NCBI RefSeq assembly: GCF_018350175.1
Contig: NC_058368.1
Coordinates: 138,634,001-138,698,000, forward strand
Source of the DNA: Felis catus
Taxonomy: Eukaryota
DNA length: 64,000 bases
Reading direction: 5' to 3'
Shown here: piece by piece, positions 60,100 through 64,000 of the stretch
Position numbering within the stretch: the stretch's first letter is position 1
Layout of the letters: the number at the start of each line of letters is the position of its first letter
Made by a program: the position numbers and the translations under genes
Notes under the pieces: generated by a model
Told to the model about the DNA's origin: nothing
Seen by the model: the letters and a program-made list of their open reading frames with translations, nothing else
Database searches by the model: none

Positions 60100-61140
60100 G
60101 CCCGCTCCATACCCTCCTCCTTTTTGTTCATAGTCTCCCTCATCCACTGTGTACATTGGTCGTCAAGGCTATTACTTGCAAAATCTTGCTGATTGCCCTT
60201 TTTTTTCTGACTTTGCTGTCTCTACCCCCTCCTACAACCTGCATTCTAAGCCATCTCCCTGACTCTGGCTTCCTCCCTGCCTCCAGCCCTTTCAGTAGGT
60301 CGCTTCCATTCAAGTATATCTAAAGGGCTTCTTTGCCCATGTACTAGCCCGCCCAGCAAAAGGTACTAATCTCCCCTAATCACTGCATCCTGTCAAACCT
60401 CAATACCCTTTAGCAGTAGGCTACAACCCTTCCCAGCAAACCTTGGTTCCTACTGCGTTCTTATACAAGCTTTCCTTTCTAGCCAGATCAGACTCTCAAT
60501 CAGAATGCCCTCTGTGCTACATGAAAATCTCCCCATCTTGAAATACAATAGTCCTGATTTCGTCTATTCAGGAGAAAGCTGGAAAGCCCATAGCCTGTAC
60601 TTTTCTGTCATGGATCTGAGCCTTGCACCCCCGGGGTGGAGGTGTGAGTCACCAACTGGGAGGGAGCCTGCCATCATCTGTATATCTCGACATGGCCTTG
60701 TGTTCTCTGCCTGTCACTACAGAGGCAAAAACTCTCTGTATTCCACGGTTCACTCTGGCTAATGGGAGAAATGAAATTCCACCGTGGCATTGAGGAAATT
60801 GGAGGTTCACAAATCTAAAGAACCTGTTAGACCTTTCTTTTCTCTACAGTTCAAGCCTCTCCTCCTTCAAGAAGCCTTCCCTGGTTATTCTGAGCCTTTA
60901 TGTTCTCTGCCTTTTCTCTGTTCTGAAGGCAAGAGAAGAAACTCTGACCCATAAACACGTAGCACTGGTTTATATACTATCTGATAGTTTTCTTAACTCA
61001 TTTGCATAAACCTTACCTCTCCAGCCAGACTGGAGATGTTTTTAAAGATTAAGAATAATGTTTTCCGTCTCTTTGCCACATCATCAAATGCAAGGCTGGA
61101 CACATTTCAGATGCTCGAGAAATATCATGGATTGTTGATC
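60100..61140 (+). mobile_element. Degenerate L2 fragments
   Basis: gctattacttgcaaaatcttgctgattg; ctcctccttcaagaagccttccctg; ctccagccagactggagatgt. Confidence 0.55.
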
Positions 61141-63126
61141 TGGAAGCAGAACCCTAGGGTCTCCAAAGATGGCCATGGAGAGGTGATGCCCTATGTTGAT
61201 CCTCACAGAGAGAAGGTGTCTCGAGAAATGGCCAACGTGCACTGGGATAATTAATCCTTCTTGAACTCCATATCAAAACTGAATCATGAATGGAGAGACT
61301 CTAAGAGATTTAGTTCCTTTACTCTTGTTATATTTTCTTCATTTCAAAGTGGTTCTAATGGAGGCTCCCTACTACTCTGTGGCTCTGTAAAGATTAACTC
61401 TCTTATAGAGTTCTATCATCTTGCAAATACAACATATTACATTATTGCCGCGTTCCTCTGACTTACAAGATGAAGGGGGATGGTTACGAAGTCAAATGTC
61501 CTGGTGGCAACAGGTAGGTACCTCTACCAAGGAAAGAACATCCGAGAATTAGACAACAGATTTTCCAACAGCCTAATACAACTTTGATAAATGTCCTTAA
61601 GTCCTGACAGAAGCAGATGACTAGTCAGAAGCCTGTCCGGGTAAGCCCACCCGGACTTAATTGATGGCTCCCAATTAATTGCGCAGAGGCCTTACTGAAC
61701 ATTCAGGGCTGGCTCCTATTGAAAACGCTGAAGGGAATGAGAAACAATCAAAAAACACTCCTTCCAGCCCTGGCACAATGGCCCTTTGTTTTGTATATTC
61801 GCTGTGCAAGAACATGGCAATTATTTTCTGAGCCAACTTGTTTGAGCAACAAAGTGTTACAGGGTGAAATGTAGAGATATAATTAGAATATAAAGACTAA
61901 TGAAACTAATAGTTTCAAATTAAGCCCGTATACAACCGTGGCACCACAAAATTGTCTTCTCTTCTTTGCTATTTTAGGGAAACATCCCAGATGTATCGGG
62001 AAAACTTAGTCGATAATTCTAGGAGCTAAAATGAAAAAAAAACAAAAACAAAAAAAAAGCCTGGCGCACAGGACACACGTCACAATTTTTAAGTGAACTG
62101 AACACAGCTTTTATTGCCAAGGATGACCTTTCACCAGACGGGCCTTCGTCCCCAATGTGCAAGAGGAAATCTTGCTGGCAACCTACAGACCAGGAATATC
62201 GAAGTAGGTCCCTTTTCCTTCTTATTCTTTGCCTCCTCCAGCCACACTCTCTCTCTCCCCTTTGTAACACCTGCATCAAAAGGAAACCATGATGACAACA
62301 GTGCTTCTGCTGAGCGTAGTAGCAGTTCCAAAGGGAGGTGAATGGGTTCCGCTTATTATTTTAAGCCAGGAGTATGATTGGAGGAGATATTCTGAATATT
62401 CCATGATTGAAAGAAGTTGCTAGGTGGCTAGAACGAGATGCTTGGTGGTAGTTACACGTTACTAACTACAGTGTTGGTTGGATAAAAATTCTCACCGCGT
62501 CTCTTAAATTCAGGAGCGATGGGGGGTCTGGTTGTGGGTTAAATTCCCAGGAGAGAAGAATCTGGTATGTAAGAGTTGGCAGCACCTTTGACCTCGCCAT
62601 GTAATCTGACTGGCTCCGGTGGCAGTGCCTAGTGAAGCCCCAGGGATCTTCTCTAACAACTTTTATCGCCTACCATTTCGTACTCATGTTGAACCACCAC
62701 GCACAGGCTGTTGAATTCAGCTGTCCGGGGAAAAAATTATACCAACCACATGCTTAGGCAGAAGGAATACAATATATTGCTTGTTTTGTATCCACAAAGC
62801 TGAGCGATGTGGAAAACACCAAGCCTTGCTCGGTCACCTTCCATGAGGACAAATGAAATTGCATCACGGCAACCTAATACCAAACGCGTATCAATCTATA
62901 GTTAGATGACATTTGAGATACCAAGAGACATCAACTAGAATCTTCAGAGTTGAATGCTTACTGAATGGGTCGTCTTAGTTTTCAGTGAGAAGGGAGTTAT
63001 TTCGAATGGCTTGGGTTTGCCAATCTGAAGTCTTGGTATCAGTGCCTAGTTTTCGTTCTGAATTTAGGTACTTTATTTGCAAAAGCAGACTCCTACTTTG
63101 TGAAGATAAATTCCTTAGTAGGGATA

Positions 63127-63209
63127 TTTCTTCCTCTGCTTCCTCCCCTTCCTCCTCCTCTCCCTCCTCCCCTTCCTCCTCCTCCTCTTCTGCTGCTGCT
63201 GCTGCTGCT
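63127..63209. repeat. Compound low-complexity tract (TCC)n + (CTG)6
   Basis: Read directly from the sequence. Confidence 0.9.
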
Positions 63210-63739
63210 ATACATAACACAAACCCTTGCCCATAGTTGGACCCAGTAAATATTGCCTGAAGGCACAAATGGATAAATGAAGAAGGACAACTTAGGATGT
63301 ATCATAAGGCTGCTGAAACAAGGGCGAAAATGATGCAAAATCACTTTGACAAAGTTAAGAGATAATAAACACAAGAAGTTTTATTCACGATGAGGTAGAT
63401 GCTATTAGTTTATTAATGTCCCAGAGACATAAATATGTCCAGAGAACATTTATTTGGTGAATTCAATCAAATAACCATAAATCCAACTGAGACATCAGCT
63501 TGCCCGGGTATTGAAGTACTTGGGTAGTTTAGTTGATCCAGTTGGCCCATTTGTGGTCAATGTCCCATTGTGCTTATTGGTGACCCAGCATTCCTGTCAG
63601 GAATCAGAAAGAAAGGAAAAGGAAGGTCATTGCCACTGCTGCAGCAATGACATGGTATGGTCAGGAGCATATTGGCTGAGAGCTGGTAGACTTGGTTTCT
63701 ACCAGATCGTAATTAACATCTCTAGAAACAAAGCTCCTT

Positions 63740-63965
63740 GGGGGGCCTGGGGGGCTCAGTCGGTTGAGCGTCCGACTTCAGCTCAGGTCATGATCTCACG
63801 GTCCGTGAGTTCGAGCCCCGCGTCGGGCTCTGGGCTGACAGCTCAGAGCCTGGAGCCTGTTTCCGATTCTGTGGCTCCCTCTCTCTGACCCTCCCCCGTT
63901 CATGCTCTGTCTCTCTCTGTCTCAAAAATAAATAAACGTTAAAAAAAAAAAGTTAAAAAAAAAAA
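63740..63965 (+). mobile_element. Feline Can-SINE
   Basis: 16-bp TSD agaaa(c/g)aaagctcctt (63724-63739 / 63966-63981). Confidence 0.96.
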
Positions 63966-64000
63966 AGAAAGAAAGCTCCTTTTTACCAATCTGGCCTAGG

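Noticed and set aside
1..64000. A novel multi-gene biological system
   Set aside because: No long or recognisable CDS, operon-like arrangement, array or non-mammalian segment; the content is explained by known repeat families and unique non-coding DNA

Overview
Mammalian nuclear DNA, almost certainly from a cat-family (Felidae) genome. I count 32 carnivore tRNA-Lys-derived SINEs (Can-SINE, SINEC_Fc-type), most with readable target-site duplications (TSDs). There are also 5'-truncated L1s, old L2 and MIR fragments, solo LTRs (LTR16A-, LTR33- and MLT1-like), hAT MITEs (MER5A-, MER58-like) and microsatellites. I cannot recognise any protein-coding gene: the ORF-track entries are translated repeats or chance ORFs. 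The window looks intergenic or deep-intronic. No prokaryotic features, CRISPR arrays or true RNA genes are evident, and I found no well-supported novel biological system. The best leads are: two candidate minus-strand exons (117-255, 46206-46491); a motif-rich, CpG-enriched segment at about 1-3 kb; two 8-kb SINE-free blocks with paired RUNX- or SOX-like sites; recursive-splice-like motifs at 54.5-57.3 kb; and several nested, rearranged or inverted retroposon structures. Repeat subfamily names come from recalled consensus sequences, and boundaries of old repeats are approximate.
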